Assembly (NCBI GenBank): GCA_951406725.2
Contig: OX597815.1
Coordinates: 23,250,001 to 23,314,000 of the forward strand
From: Octopus vulgaris
Taxonomy: Eukaryota
Length of the DNA stretch: 64,000 nucleotides
Reading direction: 5' to 3'
Part shown: positions 36,626 to 50,201 of the stretch, one piece after another
How positions within the stretch are numbered: position 1 is the first letter of the stretch
Layout of the letters: every line of letters begins with the position of its first letter
Notes under the pieces: model-generated
Databases searched by the model: none
What the model was told of the DNA's origin: nothing
The model's input: only the letters and a program-made list of their open reading frames with translations
Translations under genes and position numbers: made by a program

Positions 36626-37740
36626 TCATCATCGTTTAATGTCCATTTTCCATGCTAGCATGGGTTGGATGTTTTAACCGGGGTCTGGGAAGCCAGTAGG
36701 CTGCACCATGCTCCAGTCTGATCTGGCAATGTTTCTACAGCTGGATGCCCCTCCTAATGCCAACCACTCTGAGAGTGTAGTGGGTGCTTTTTATGTGCCA
36801 CCAGCACAGGGGCCAGAGGAGGTTGGCAATGGCCACGATTGATTGGTGCTTTTTATGTGCCACCGCCACGGAAGCCAGTCAAGGTGGCATTGGTATTACC
36901 CACGTTCGGATGGTGATATGGGTATCACAACTACAATTTCCATTTGATTTTTATTTTGATGTTGATGTACTTGACTCAATAGGTCTCCTCAAGCACAGCA
37001 GGTCGCCCTGTAGTCCAAGGTAAGCACAGCATATTGCCCAATGATCCAAGGTACTTTTGAATCAGTTGGGGCTGACTATGCAAAACTGGTGTAGGATACA
37101 GCCATGAACTCACTTAATTTGCCGGGTCTTCGCAGTCACAGCATATCTCCAGAGATCTCAGTCTTTTGTCATTACCTCTGTGAGGCCCAATGTTTGAAGG
37201 TCATGCTTGACTACTTTATTCCATGTCTTCCTGGGTCTACCTCTACCCCGTATTCCTTCAACTGTTTGAGAGTGGCACTTCTTCACACATCTCTCCTCAT
37301 CCATCCGTAGTACATCATCATACCAGCACAAATGTCTCTCTTGCATGCCACATCCGATGCTTCTTATGTCCAACATTTCTCTCTGTTGTGTGTGCACACT
37401 GACATGACACATCCATCGGATCATGCTAGTTTAATTTCTTTCGAGCCTATGCATGTCCTCCGCAGTCACGGCCCATGTTTCACTGCTGTGAAGCATGGCA
37501 GTTCGCACACATGCGTCGTACAATCTACCTTTCACTCTGAGTGAGAGGCCCTTTGTCACCAGTAGAGGTAGAAGCTTTATAAACTTTGCCCAGGCTATTC
37601 TTATTCTGGTGGTAACACTCTCTGAGCATCCTTCCCCACTACTAACTTGGTCACCTAGGTAGTAGAAGCTATCAACTACTTTTAGTTTCTCCCCACTGGA
37701 GTGGGATGGAATCTGTTTTCTGAGCATCTGCCCCTGTGCA
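36623..37740 (-). mobile_element. RTE LINE 3' part: RT C-terminus, 3'UTR (family C) and (GAT)n tail
   Basis: VVDSFYYLG...RIRIAWAKF...KGRLYDACVRTAMLHSSETW and MIRWMC...RGRGRPRKTW run directly into the family C repeat. Confidence 0.88.
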
Positions 37741-37934
37741 TCTGCTGCACACTAAAGCTATCTTCTTGGATAATCTTCCTTTGCTGCACCTCTTATGTGT
37801 CCATAGCTTACACTGGGTACATCTTATGGAGTTTCTACCTACACCTTTGCTACAGATCGAGCAAGGCCACCTCCCTGAGGGGACATTGTCAATGGTTAGC
37901 TCATGAAAACAAGCTGTTAGTAAATATCATATTT

Positions 37935-40200
37935 AAAGTGTTAACGGCAAATGAAGTACAAGGAACAGGAAAAAATGTGAAAAATCTTAGCTTCTCGAAA
38001 GGAAAAAATGGTTAACTGGAAGTGTGAAGCTAAATAAGTTATTCTGTTGGCCGTGCTTGTTATTTAGTTGAGAAAAAATTATTTGGAATGATAAAAGTTA
38101 TGATGATTCAAATAATCTACTTATGGCCATGCTGAAGCATGAACATTCTCAAAGACATATTAAATCTTTGATAGATCTTGAAACATTTGGGAATGTTTGG
38201 ATAGACTTGCAACTGAATGTTAATAAAAAACAAGGTGTACAACAGCATAATGAAGAGGTTAGATGAAACAGATCCATTCTGCGGTGTTTGGTCGATGCAG
38301 TTATTTTTCTCAGTTGCCAGGAATGATCATTTTGGGTCATTTTGAATCCAAAGAATACAGTAATCATGGAAATTATGAAGAACTCTTATATCTAATCAGT
38401 AAATATGGCGAAGAATTGGCAAGCCATCTTGATACAGTTTCTGTTTCCTCAGGTCTCTCAAACAGAATTCAAAATTAATTGATCGATGCAATTCAAAAAG
38501 TTATGTTGGATGAAATAGGAAAGGAACTGGAGCAGGCTAAATCCATAACTATCCTTGGAGATGAAACATCTGATATGTCAAACTATTCACAACTATCAAT
38601 TGTTTTGTTATGTTTCAAAAGATTGTGTTATTAAAGAATGATTTACTGGTTTTAATGATGTTAGTGTAGATCATTCAGTAAATGCTTTATCTGAACACAT
38701 TTTTAAATGCATTGAAACATGTAAGTGTGGAAACAAATTAATTGCACAAACGTATGAAGGTGCTGCTGCAATGGCAGGACAATTAAAGGTATTGCAGTTA
38801 AAAAGTAACAGAGAAATATGAATATGTAATCTTTGTTCATTGTTGTGTTCATGTCCTAAATTTAGTTCTTTTGCAAGCATGCTCTGCTATAAAAAATGCA
38901 AGGTATTTTTTACCATAAATGGACTGGGTACATTTTTTACAAAATGACCTATGAAGGCTAATGCGTTAGATTACATAGTTAAAAAAGAATTTCTCAAAGC
39001 TACAGGGACTAGATGGAACTACTCCTCATATCTTGTTCTTACTACAAAAGAAAATCGTAATTTCATAATCAGCCTTTTTGAAAACTTCATTGAAAACATT
39101 GAAGCACGGGATGAGACCACAATAAATTCTACTATTGGATTTTTACATAATTTAAAAGCTCTCAATTTTTTATCTTTATTAGAAGTATTTAGTGGTATAT
39201 TTTTTTTCGCTCATGTCTTATTTAACATCCTTCAAACTAAAAGTCATAACATAATGTACTGTAAAGAGCAAATACATAAAACTAGAGCCGTGCTTGAAAA
39301 TAAACTCAATGATTTGGAATTGATGCAGCAATTGAAATTAAAAGACCCAGGAATAAATCTATTGATCCCCAACAACATTATATATTTCTTTACTACCCAC
39401 AAGGGGCTAAACATAGAGGGGACAAACAAGGACAGACAAAGAGATTAAGTTGATTACATCGACCCCAGTGTGAAACTGGTACTTTATTTATCGATCCCAA
39501 AAGGATGAAAGGCAAAGTCAACCTCGGCAGAATTTGAACTCAGAATGTAACGTCAGGCGAAATATGGCTACGCATTTCACCTGGTGTGCTAACGTTTCTG
39601 CCAGCTTGCCGCCTTCCCCAACAAGATTATAGAATGCTCTGTAGCAAAAGTATTGACACAATAATTGACCAATTAAAAATGTGATACTCATCCTTAGATG
39701 TGCTTAAATTCATAGAACTTTACAATTTCAGCGAAACTGAGGAATGTCACAAAAAATTTCCAGTGGATGCTTTAGATTCTTTAAAAACTACTTATGGTAT
39801 TTTCTTTTTTTTTTTTTTGAAATAATATGATTAGAGAATGAATTAATTGTTTTGTATTCTATGCAAGATTTTAAAAAGCAAAATGTGAGTGATTTCATGC
39901 ATTACATTTACATCAACTATCTGATTGAAGCTATGTCAGAACTCTTCAATCTTTGCAACCTTATTTTAACAATTCTGTCTACAACTGGCTCTGTAGAGTG
40001 GTCCTTTTCTGCATTGAAGAAAATTAAAGTTTACCAAAGAAATATAACAGGAAAGAAAAGACTTTCAGAGTTGGCTCTTTTGTCAATTGAATAAGATTTA
40101 CTTCAACAACTGATTGAAACAGAACATTTCTATGACAAAGTAATAAATATATTTGCCCTGAAAGACCGAAGAACTGAATTAATTTATAAATGAGGCATGT
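37935..40200 (+). mobile_element. Decayed hAT transposase (ZMYM1/DUF4371-like), interrupted by a SINE
   Basis: GHFESKEYSNHGNYEELL, SGLSNRIQN, DETSD, AQTYEGAAAMAG, TRWNY and TILSTTGSVEWSFSALKKIK...RLSELALLSIE motifs with many stops. Confidence 0.82.
39383..39615 (-). mobile_element. Family A SINE with 16-bp TSD inside the hAT remnant
   Basis: ccccaacaacattata (39367-39382) versus ccccaacaagattata (39616-39631). Confidence 0.88.
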
Positions 40201-40335
40201 AAAAAATAATTTTTTGTGCATCTTTAAAAAAATTTTTAAACACATTAAAACAGCAACCACCATGGCCAAGCTGTGAAACTAATTTGATTCTCTTAATTAA
40301 ACAGTTTAAAAAAATGAATCATCTCAACCAATAAG

Positions 40336-41602
40336 TATGAGGTGGGTTGAAAATTTCATAGGCTGACTATAAAGGAGTGATGCTAGAAATCTTACATTCA
40401 TTCATTTCAACTCAACATATTAATAACTGCATTGTTTCCTTTCAGGTAAACTGACATCTAGTGTTCAAAGAAGACTTCAAAAGTAACTGGTAGCAACATC
40501 TCTTGAAAATAGATAAAATTTGGCACCATGGTATTATCAAATACCTTCAGAAAAAGGCTTTAGCACCAAAGAATGTTCCTGTTGATATAGTTTGTTATAT
40601 TATAGGATGATGATCCAGCTTTATCAACGGTGCAAAAGTGGGTGGTTGAATTTAGGAGGTGAAGGGAGAATCTTGAAAATGACCCAAGGTTTGGACGTCC
40701 TGCAACTGCTACCACTGAAGAAAACATTGATTGTGTTTACCACATGTTGATGGATGACAGGCGACTGACTATAAATCAAATAGCCAATGCTATTTGCATG
40801 TCTCATAAGAGAGTTAAAAATATTCTGCACAATGAATGTGGCACAATGAAGGTTCATGCTTGATGGGTGTCATGTCTTCTGAAACCTGATCAAAAGCACA
40901 CCAAGCTGATCGCATGATTGAAAAATCTGACATTGTTTGAGGTATATTCAGCAGGTCTTCTTGAATGCATTCTAACCCGTGTTGAGTGCTAGGTTTATCA
41001 CTTTAAGCCAGAAACAATCCATGCAGTGGAAACATCCAATCTCATCTGCTTGAAAGAAGACCAAGGTCGTTTCATCTGCCGAGAAGGTGATGGCCTCAGT
41101 TATTTGGTATGCAAAAGGTGTTGTGTTTATTGACTATCTTCCAAACAACCACATCATCAATGGAGTTTACTATGCCAATATGCTGAGGCACTTACCAAAT
41201 GCCCAGGAAAACTGACAAAAGGATTCTTCTTTTATTAGGGCAATGCTCCAGTGCATATGTCCTTGGTGTCAATGGCTGCTATGTATGGCTGTGGCTTTGA
41301 ACTAGTTGATCACTGTCCTTATTCTCCTGATTTGGCCTCATCTGACTATCATCTGTTTGCCAACGCATAAAACACATGGCTGGGAACCAGTATCATAATG
41401 ATGATGATGTCATATCTGCTGTTGATGACTTTTTTGATCAGCAGGATGGAAGCATCTTCACCGATGGGATCCAAGCACTGCAACAACAATGGAAGAAATG
41501 TGTGGACTGCAGGTGGGGTTCTATGTTGAAAAATAAACCTCATTTGGTCACATCCCTGAGAGAATTTTGGTCACCCTATAAACGTTTCAATCAACACTCA
41601 TA
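40336..41602 (+). mobile_element. Full-length decayed mariner element
   Basis: Imperfect TIRs tatgaggtgggttgaaaatttcataggctgac / gtcaccctataaacgtttcaatcaacactcata; WVSCLL (WVPRLL-like) and YSPDLASSDYHLF motifs; ~1.27 kb. Confidence 0.85.
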
Positions 41603-41854
41603 TTCATTGCATGACCAACCTCAAAATCACCACATGCCATTGATATACAGTTATGTATTTATGTACATTGTGTAATGCCAAGTGAACGAGAAAGGAGTGC
41701 TCAATACATGTTGCAGAGGATATGTTTTTTTTTTAATTAAAACTGAAGTTGAGAGTTTGTTTCATAACTCAAGTTGCATGCCACTGTGATCATTTTGTTC
41801 TATATTGTGAAGGGAGACAAAATTCAAAATGTTTTAATTGTTTTTGTTTTTTTT

Positions 41855-42192
41855 TTGACCCCCTTCAGTCAGACACTGACCATAGGTTTACACCTAGAGA
41901 GTTACCCTCTGAGGCACAAGTCTGGGCAAGGTTGTTTTATGGAAGACCAGCAGTCGCCCATGCATACTGGTCTCCCCTCTCCACGTCACCGATGTTGTCG
42001 AAGGGAAAGCCAAGGGCCGATACAGCTTGGCACCTGTGATGTCGCAACTCATTTCTACAGCTGAGTGAACTGGAGCAACGTGAAATAAAGTGTCTTGCTC
42101 AAGAACACAACACGCAGCCCGGTCCGGGATACAAGCTCACAACCACACGATCGTAAGCTCGACGCTCTAACCACTGACCCATGCGCCTTCAC
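41855..42192 (-). mobile_element. tRNA-derived CORE-like SINE (family E); copies at 46335-46675, 47150-47478 and a relative at 42765-43017
   Basis: Minus head gtgaaggcgcatgg.tcagtggttagagcg, then gtgttcttgagcaagacacttt; repeated in the window. Confidence 0.82.
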
Positions 42193-42708
42193 TATTTAAT
42201 TGTTTAGCATACACATTATTCATCATCATTCACATTTGTTTGAATCCACCATGAATTATCTTGTACCAATAAGGTTTGACTGTTCATTTTTAGAATGACA
42301 TTGTAAAGTAGGTGTGAGAGACCGTGTCTGGCCAGTTTAAACATAAGCAGGTTGAATATTTTGGATAGATATTGTTGGTTTAAATGCTAAAGTGTTAATT
42401 AACTTTTTCCACTTCTCTTAGAGTTGAAATTAATTTTCACAATGAATTGAACATACTTTGTCTTTTTATTCTCTGTTTCTCTGTCTCTCCATATCTCTCT
42501 CACTCTGGCATGGCTGTGTGGTTAGGGAGCTTGCTTCCCAACTACATGGTTTCGGGTTCAGTTCCACTGCGTGGCACTTTGGCTAGGTGTCCTCCGCTAT
42601 ACTCCCTGAGTCGACCGAAGCTTTGTGATTGAATTCGGTAGGTAGAAGTTACTGCCGTGTGTGTATGTGTGCGTATAGCTGCTCAGTGCCTCTCCAAAAG
42701 AGAGAGAG

Positions 42709-42757
<49 letters not shown>

Positions 42758-43525
42758 GAAAAAATAAATGCACCCCTTTAAAGCCTAGCCAGGCACATGG
42801 GCCCAGTTTCTTGGTTTCAATGGCGTATGTGTTCCTGAGCTGGATGGGATACCAGTCCTCTACAGCGTTACTCATTTTTGCCAGCTGAGTGGACTGGAGC
42901 AACGTGAAATGAAGTGTTTTGCTCAAGAACACAACGTATCGCCCAGTCCAGGAATTGAAACCACAATCTTACGATCATGATACTGACACTCTAACAACTA
43001 AGCCACGTGCCTCCACTATATATATTTATATTTATATATATATATATATATATACACGCACAGACATACTTATGCACACTCCCCACACCTTCACTTATAT
43101 ATACACACACACACATATAGAGAGAGTGAGGAAGAAGAAAGGGACAGAGAGATTGATAGTAAGTGAATGAGATGCATATATAGATATCAGCATACATGTA
43201 TGTGTGTATCTGTATATGTGCATGTGTGTGTGTGTGTGTATGCATGTGTGTGCATGTGTGTGCATGCATTCACATGTGTGTGCATGCATGTCTGTATGTA
43301 TTTTGCTTAAGTAATTAAGGAGTCCAGTCCATGAGTTTTCAAACTTGGTCTCACAGCACTGCATGTTGGCAAAGAGTAACCAACCATTTTCTCAGTTATA
43401 TATAAGGAATTAGCCTTACAAAAACTAACAAAAACAAAAGGAAGGAAATAGGAAAGTGACGAGAAATGAAGCAGAGAAGGTGGAAAGGAAAGATATTCTG
43501 CCACTTAACCCATATTTATTGAGCA

Positions 43526-43823
43526 CTAGCAGTATTGCCCGGCGTTGCTCGGGTTTGTAAGGGAAATAACTATATAAGCATTTTTAGAGAGTTATAGCCA
43601 AAAAATAGCAAAAAAATGCATTAAAAATGGAAAAAAAATGATGGTAATTTTTTTTTTTAAATCGTAGACTCATCGTAGACGCGCGCTAATACCCAGAAGG
43701 GCTCGATATGAATCACGACTATAAGATACCCGCTTTTGGTTAAACTGCACAGCAAAATGTGGGAGTAGTTAGGGATCTAAATCGTAGGAGACAGACACAC
43801 AACTTCTCTTTTATATATAAAGA
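43526..43823 (-). mobile_element. Non-autonomous Helitron (subfamily 2)
   Basis: A|TC...CTAG|T on the minus strand; similar to 34288-34698. Confidence 0.85.
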
Positions 43824-44517
43824 TTAGGTGGCAAATTGGCAGAATCATAGCCATGCTGGGCAAAATGATTAGTGGCGTTTCATCCATCTTTACGTTCTGA
43901 GTTCAAATGCTGCCAAAGTCAACTTTGCCTTTCATCTTTTTGAAGTTGTTAGAGTAAGTACCAACGTATTCCTTCCCCTAAAATTGCTGGCCTTGTGCTA
44001 AAATTTGAAGTCAATATTTAATGAGCAGGAGTGGGTGTGTAGTAAGAAGCTTGCTTCCCAACCACATAGTTCTGAGTTCAGTCCCACTGCATGACACCTT
44101 GGGCAAGTGCTTTCTACTATAGCTTTGGGCCAACCAAAGCCTTGTGAGTGGATTTAGTTGATGGAAACTGAAAGAAGCCCATATATATATATATATATAT
44201 ATATAAAAAGGGGTTTGTATGATTGTGTATAGAGGGATATATATTATTCAAAGAAATTCCAACTCTGTCTGTTTTTTATGTTTTATTTATATTCTTTATA
44301 ATATTAATGTAGAATATAGAATATATAGTATAAATAATGTATATATAGTAAAATGATATGAAGTATTGATTGTCTTATTGAATAGATGAAATACTGAATA
44401 TAAAATATTAAGGGACTAGTATACTTTCTTGCATTAAAGCAGTTTTCAAGATCCCAGGTTGTGAGAGGAGTGTTTCAACTCCTGTCACATATATATATAT
44501 GTGTGTGTATATATATG

Positions 44518-44558
<41 letters not shown>

Positions 44559-44809
44559 GGAAAATTCAATTTAGTATTAAATCAAATTTCACAATATAAA
44601 TATATAATATATAATATATATAAATTAGAGAAAAACCACTATTATGTAATTCAAACAATTATAGACATAAACTAAATCATAAAGAAAAAATAAAATATAT
44701 TATAAAACATATAACTAGATCATAAAAAGTGTAGTCTTTTTACTTATTATATATTGTTTATTCATTTTTTTGTACTTTTTGTGAACAACATAATAGTGTT
44801 TTTTCTCTA

Positions 44810-44865
<56 letters not shown>

Positions 44866-45405
44866 CACACACACACATATATGTATTAGTGTGTCTGTGT
44901 TTGTCCACCCACCATTGCTTCACAACTGATGTTGGTGTGTTTACGTCCCTGTAACTTAGCGGTCCAGCAACACAGACTGATAGAGTAAGTACTAGGCTTA
45001 CAAAGAGTAAGCCCTGGGGTTGATTTATTCGACTAAAGGCGGTGCTCCAGCATGGCCACAGTCAATTGACTGAAACAAGTAAAAGTGTAAAAGAAAGTAA
45101 AAGAACAGATAACTGAAAATTAACCAAAACCTTTTTGACTTGTGACTTTTATGTATCATGTCACCCACAGACTGTTATTGTGAAGAGAAAAATATGAGTA
45201 ATTATGGTGGTTTTATAGCAGTTCTGACTGCTGTTTCTAAGCGTGTGAGGGTTTTTGTAACCCCCTCCATTGTAATTATGATGAAATCTCTCTTTATATA
45301 TTTATTTATGATGATGATTTGTTAGCATGCTTGACCATTGATATATTCATGAGCAAATTTTTAATTGTTTATATCCTTTGTAATGTAATTTTTACACTCT
45401 CTTCC

Positions 45406-45441
<36 letters not shown>

Positions 45442-45501
45442 AAAACGGTAAGATAACAAAAGAAAGAAAGAGACCTCAATATTATGTAAATAGAGGAAAT
45501 T

Positions 45502-45706
45502 TATCTATACAATATGTTACATTACTCGGTAGTCAAGATAAAACTCTGAGTTTCAGATGCCGAAGTGGAAATCCACAACACCATCTCTTCGGTTATCTGG
45601 CTATTTAGATAACCAGATAACCGAAGAGATGGTGTTGTGGATTTCCACTTCGGCATCTGAAACTCAGAGTTTTATCTTGACTACCGAGTAATGTAACATA
45701 TTGTAT

Positions 45707-45711
<5 letters not shown>
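45502..45711. repeat. Perfect inverted repeat, 99-bp arms and 12-nt spacer, each arm carrying a hammerhead-like motif
   Basis: 45502-45600 is the exact reverse complement of 45613-45711 (checked base by base). Confidence 0.93.
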
Positions 45712-45768
<57 letters not shown>

Positions 45769-46027
45769 GTATATATATATATATATATATTGTCCTGTTG
45801 ATTGAACAACTGAAGCACACAGGCGTCAAAACCAACAAGGATGTATCAATATATAAGTGTGTATATAGCATCATCATCATCATCATCATTGCTGTCATCA
45901 TTTTAACATACATTTTTTATTCTCTCATGGGATGGTTCAACAGGATCTGAGAAGCAAAAGGACTGAATTGGAACTTCAATGTCCGCTTCGGCATTGCTTG
46001 TACAGCTGTATGCTATTCCTAAATGTG

Positions 46028-46042
46028 ATTCAAGATGAGACC

Positions 46043-46130
<88 letters not shown>
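46028..46130. repeat. (GT)n microsatellite; a longer interrupted one lies at 47858-48055
   Basis: Direct reading. Confidence 0.95.
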
Positions 46131-46131
<1 letters not shown>

Positions 46132-47856
46132 GGTGTCTTGATATCATGTGATTATTGTAAATGAATATCACTGTCATATAAGCAGTGTCCATCATTTCCA
46201 ATCTTCTGTGAAAATATGACTAACCATGGGGAAATATTACCTTACATAGAAACAGGAAAGGGTTGGTGACAGGAAGGGTCCCAAACTGTAGAAGATCTGC
46301 TTCAACAAATTCTATCCAACCCATGCAAATATGGGGTAAAGACCCCCTTCGGTCATGAATGACCATGGGATTGCACCTAGAAAGTTACCCTCCTAGACAC
46401 AAGTCCGGGCAAGGTTGTTTATGGAAGACCAGCAGTCGCCCATGCATACCAGCCTCCCCTCTCCACGCCACCAGTGTTATCCAAGGGAAAGGCAAAGGTC
46501 GATACAGCTTGGCACCAGTGACGTCGCAACTCATTTCTACAGCTGAGTGAACTGGAGCAACGTGAAATAAAGTGCCTTGCTCAAGAACACAACACGCAGC
46601 CCAGTCCGGGATTCGAGCTCACAACCTCACGATCGTAAGCTCGACGCTCTAACCACTGAGCCATGCGCCTTCACAAATATGCAAATATGAAAAAGTGGAT
46701 AATAGTATGATGATGATGGTGATATATATATATCCTCATCATCATTATCATCATCGTTATCGTCATAATCATTTAACATCCATCATCCATGCTGGTATGG
46801 GTTGGATGGTTTGACAAGTGCTGGCCAGCTGGAGAGTTGCACCAGGTTCCAGTCTGATTTGGCTTGGTTTCTACAGCTGGATACCCTTCCTAACGTCAAC
46901 CACTTTATAGGTGTGCTGGGTGCTTTTAATGTGGCACCGGCATGAGCACTTTTATGTGACACTGACATGAACACTTTTCATGTGGCACTGTCACAGGAGA
47001 CTTGCTGGTCAATCCTCTTCCCCCAGGACAGTGGCCTTAACACTTCTGTCGTGGGGTATGAATTTTCTCGAGTAAAGCGAGGTGCCAGGTATTTTGGTCC
47101 TTTGTCATCTCATCTGAAGGTTTCAGCCTCCTGAGGTTGCCCTTCAGGCTAAAGTCTCCCTTCAGTCATGAGTGACCATGGGATTGCACCTAGAAAGTTC
47201 CCCACCAAGGCACAAGTCCGAGCAAGGTTGTTTATGGAAGACCAGCAGTCACCCATGCATACCAGCCTCCCCTCTCCATGCCACTAATGTTATTCAAGGG
47301 AAAGACAAAGCAGATGCAACTTGGTACCAGTGATGTCACAACTCATATCTACAGCTCAGTGAACTAGAGCAACATGAAATAAAGTGTCTTGCTCAAGAAC
47401 ACAACACACAACCCAGTCCAGGAATCGAACTCACTACCTCGTTATTGTTAGCCCAACACTCTAACCACAGAGCCATGTAATACTCATCTCATATCACCAT
47501 TATCATCATATTAGTGGAAGAGGGAGACCCAAAAAGATGTGGAACAGTGGTGAGAAATGATCTTCAGATCTTGAACCCCACAGAGGAAATGACAAAGGAC
47601 CAAGATTTTCTGTGCTTGAGAAGACCCAACCAGCTGAGTAAAATCCATGTCCATGCACCCCTCCTTCTTCCACCACAACTCACCATGCTCACCACTGCTA
47701 TTTTCTCCTCCTCCTCTTCCATTCTCTTTCACATACCTACTGGTGTGAACCTTTTCACATATGTGGAAGAAGGGTGGCATCATCTCCCACTCAAAGGATT
47801 TTGGTCATGCAGCATTAGTTTTGGCTGGAAAAAAAATTTTTTAATGCACCGCGCGC

Positions 47857-47957
<101 letters not shown>

Positions 47958-47985
47958 AGTGTGTGTGTGTGTGTGATTGAGTGAG

Positions 47986-48059
<74 letters not shown>

Positions 48060-48824
48060 CAGTAAATAATGAATATTAAAAGAAATAAAGGAAATTCTAT
48101 ACACATACATGCAAGCATACATACATACATACACTCTTATATACATACATACATTATCATTTTCATCATCATCATCATTGTTATCATTGTTATCAACATT
48201 ATTGTCATTGTCATCATCATTATCATCCTCATCATTTTCATGTCCATTTTCCATGCTCCCATGTGTTGAATAGGCTCTAATGAAGTGAAGGCCTGCATGT
48301 TTTGGCATGACTTCTATAGTTAGATGCTCTTCCTGCTGCCAGCCACATTAAAGCACTAAGCACTTGTTTTCCATAGTATCAGCACAAATGAGGTCACCTT
48401 GTGACTTGCAAGTTTAAAGAGCCTAAAATGGAAAAGTGCGTGACGATTCCAGGAAGAGCTTTTGAAAGAGGCAGGAAAGTATGATAAGAGAAATAGATTT
48501 ATATTTGTGAGAGGGTGGTGGTGGATAGCATTTTGGGAGAGGTGTTGTTATGAGAGAGTGATAGTGGAGAGAGTAGATGTTATGGGAGTGGAGTATGGAA
48601 GGAACAGGGGAAAGGAGGAAGGGGGTAGTGTTAGGGATTTGTGAGAAAGAAAGGGACAGAATCGTAAGGGTGTTAAGGTTTCAAGGATTATCTAACCATA
48701 AAGATTTCAACCTAGGTGTGCAAAGTCACATCATTAAGTACCTTCATATAACAACAGGTGCAAGGATGAAATTCGAGCTAAAGATGTCAAGACGTTTGGT
48801 GACCAGAAGTGTGATTAGACAGTA

Positions 48825-48921
48825 ATGGTGACATGTAAAAGACGCCCATGATGGTGACTTGTTAAAGACACCCATGATGGTGACATGTAAAAGACACCCA
48901 TGATGGTGACATGTAAAAGAC
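48825..48921 (+). repeat. 26-bp minisatellite, nearly four copies
   Basis: atggtgacatgtaaaagacacccatg units; appears to be an expanded internal unit of a family C repeat. Confidence 0.8.
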
Positions 48922-49219
48922 TCTCCCTATACTGTAGAAAAAATAATGTGTGGAAGCTAAGTCAAAATCAGACTGGAGCCTGGTACACCTCTCTGGCTTT
49001 TCAGTTCCAGTCAAACCATCTAACCCATACCAGCATGGAAAGTGGTTGCTAAGTGATGATGATGATGATATATATATTGACTTGTATTTATTTTATTGAT
49101 TCTAAAAGGATGAAAGCAAAGTCGACCTTCGCAGAATTTAAACTCAGAACATAAAGACGAACGAAGTGCAGTTAAGCATTCTGCCCGGTATGGAAAGCAG
49201 TTATACGTACTCTGCCATT

Positions 49220-49283
49220 GGGATCTGATGAATTGTCTGTAAGGCTAATCACTTTATGGATGTGAAACCATTAATCACTCTAT
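49220..49283 (+). ncRNA. Hammerhead-like motif, third copy of the family flanking the Penelope-like remnant
   Basis: CUGAUGA auugucuguaaggcuaaucacuuuauggaugu GAAA ccauuaAUC acucuau; core boxes intact, stems I and III eroded. Confidence 0.45.
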
Positions 49284-49401
49284 GACTGGCCATATAATTA
49301 ATTCCCTGTAAATATTCATACATACATATCATCATCATCAGCATTATCATCATTGTTTAATGTCCATCTTCCATGAACGCATGGGTAGGACAGATGACAG
49401 G

Positions 49402-49630
49402 AGTGAGCTGGCAGAAACGTTAGCACGCCGGGCGAAATGTGTAGCCATATTTCGTCTGCCATTACGTTCTGAGTTCAAATTCTGCCGAGGTCGACTTTGC
49501 CTTTCATCCTTTCAGGGTCGATAAATTAAATACCAGTTACGCACTGGGGTCGATGTAATCGACTTAATCTGTTTGTCTGTCCTTGTTTGTCCCCTCTGTG
49601 TTTAGCCCCTTGTGGGTAGTAAAGAAATAG
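49402..49630 (+). mobile_element. Family A SINE, young copy; a similar one lies at 54950-55178
   Basis: gagctggcagaaacgttagcacgccgggcg...gagttcaaattctgccgaggtcgactttgcctttcatcc...gtagtaaagaaatag. Confidence 0.88.
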
Positions 49631-50201
49631 GTAGAAAAACTATTCTGGGCTACTGTGTCTGTTCTGGCAGGGAATTTATGGCTGGATCCCCTTCCTAACA
49701 CCAACCACTCCACAGAGTGGACTCATTGCTTTTTATGTGGCACTAGCAGAGCCTAAGTTAGTTTTGGCATGATTTTTATTGCTGGATACCCTTCCAAATG
49801 CCAACCACATTACAGTATGTATGTATGTATGTATGTATGTATGTATGTATGTATGTATGTTTATGTATGTGTATATATCTATCTATCTATCTATCTATAT
49901 ATATATATATATATATATACATATATAGATAGATAGATAGATAGATAGATATAAAGTTGGACAGAGAGCGCTAAGCAGTGGTAAGTGAAATTACAATGTT
50001 ACTATCAGTCCGAATATGCTTGATCTAGGTGTATACACACCATTTGTCAACAACTGAGATATATTCTCCATGCTAAAACGCAGTGAGTAGCTTGTTCCCC
50101 AGTTTGAATGTGTATCAAGCATATTTGTACAGATGATAACATTGCAATATATTATACCGTTTCCATTTTGGAGGAGTATCCATCCATAGAAACCATCAGA
50201 A

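Noticed and set aside
46595-46675. tRNA gene-like sequence (also at heads of other SINEs)
   Set aside because: A and B boxes are present but there is no complete acceptor stem, and the sequence runs directly into a SINE body.
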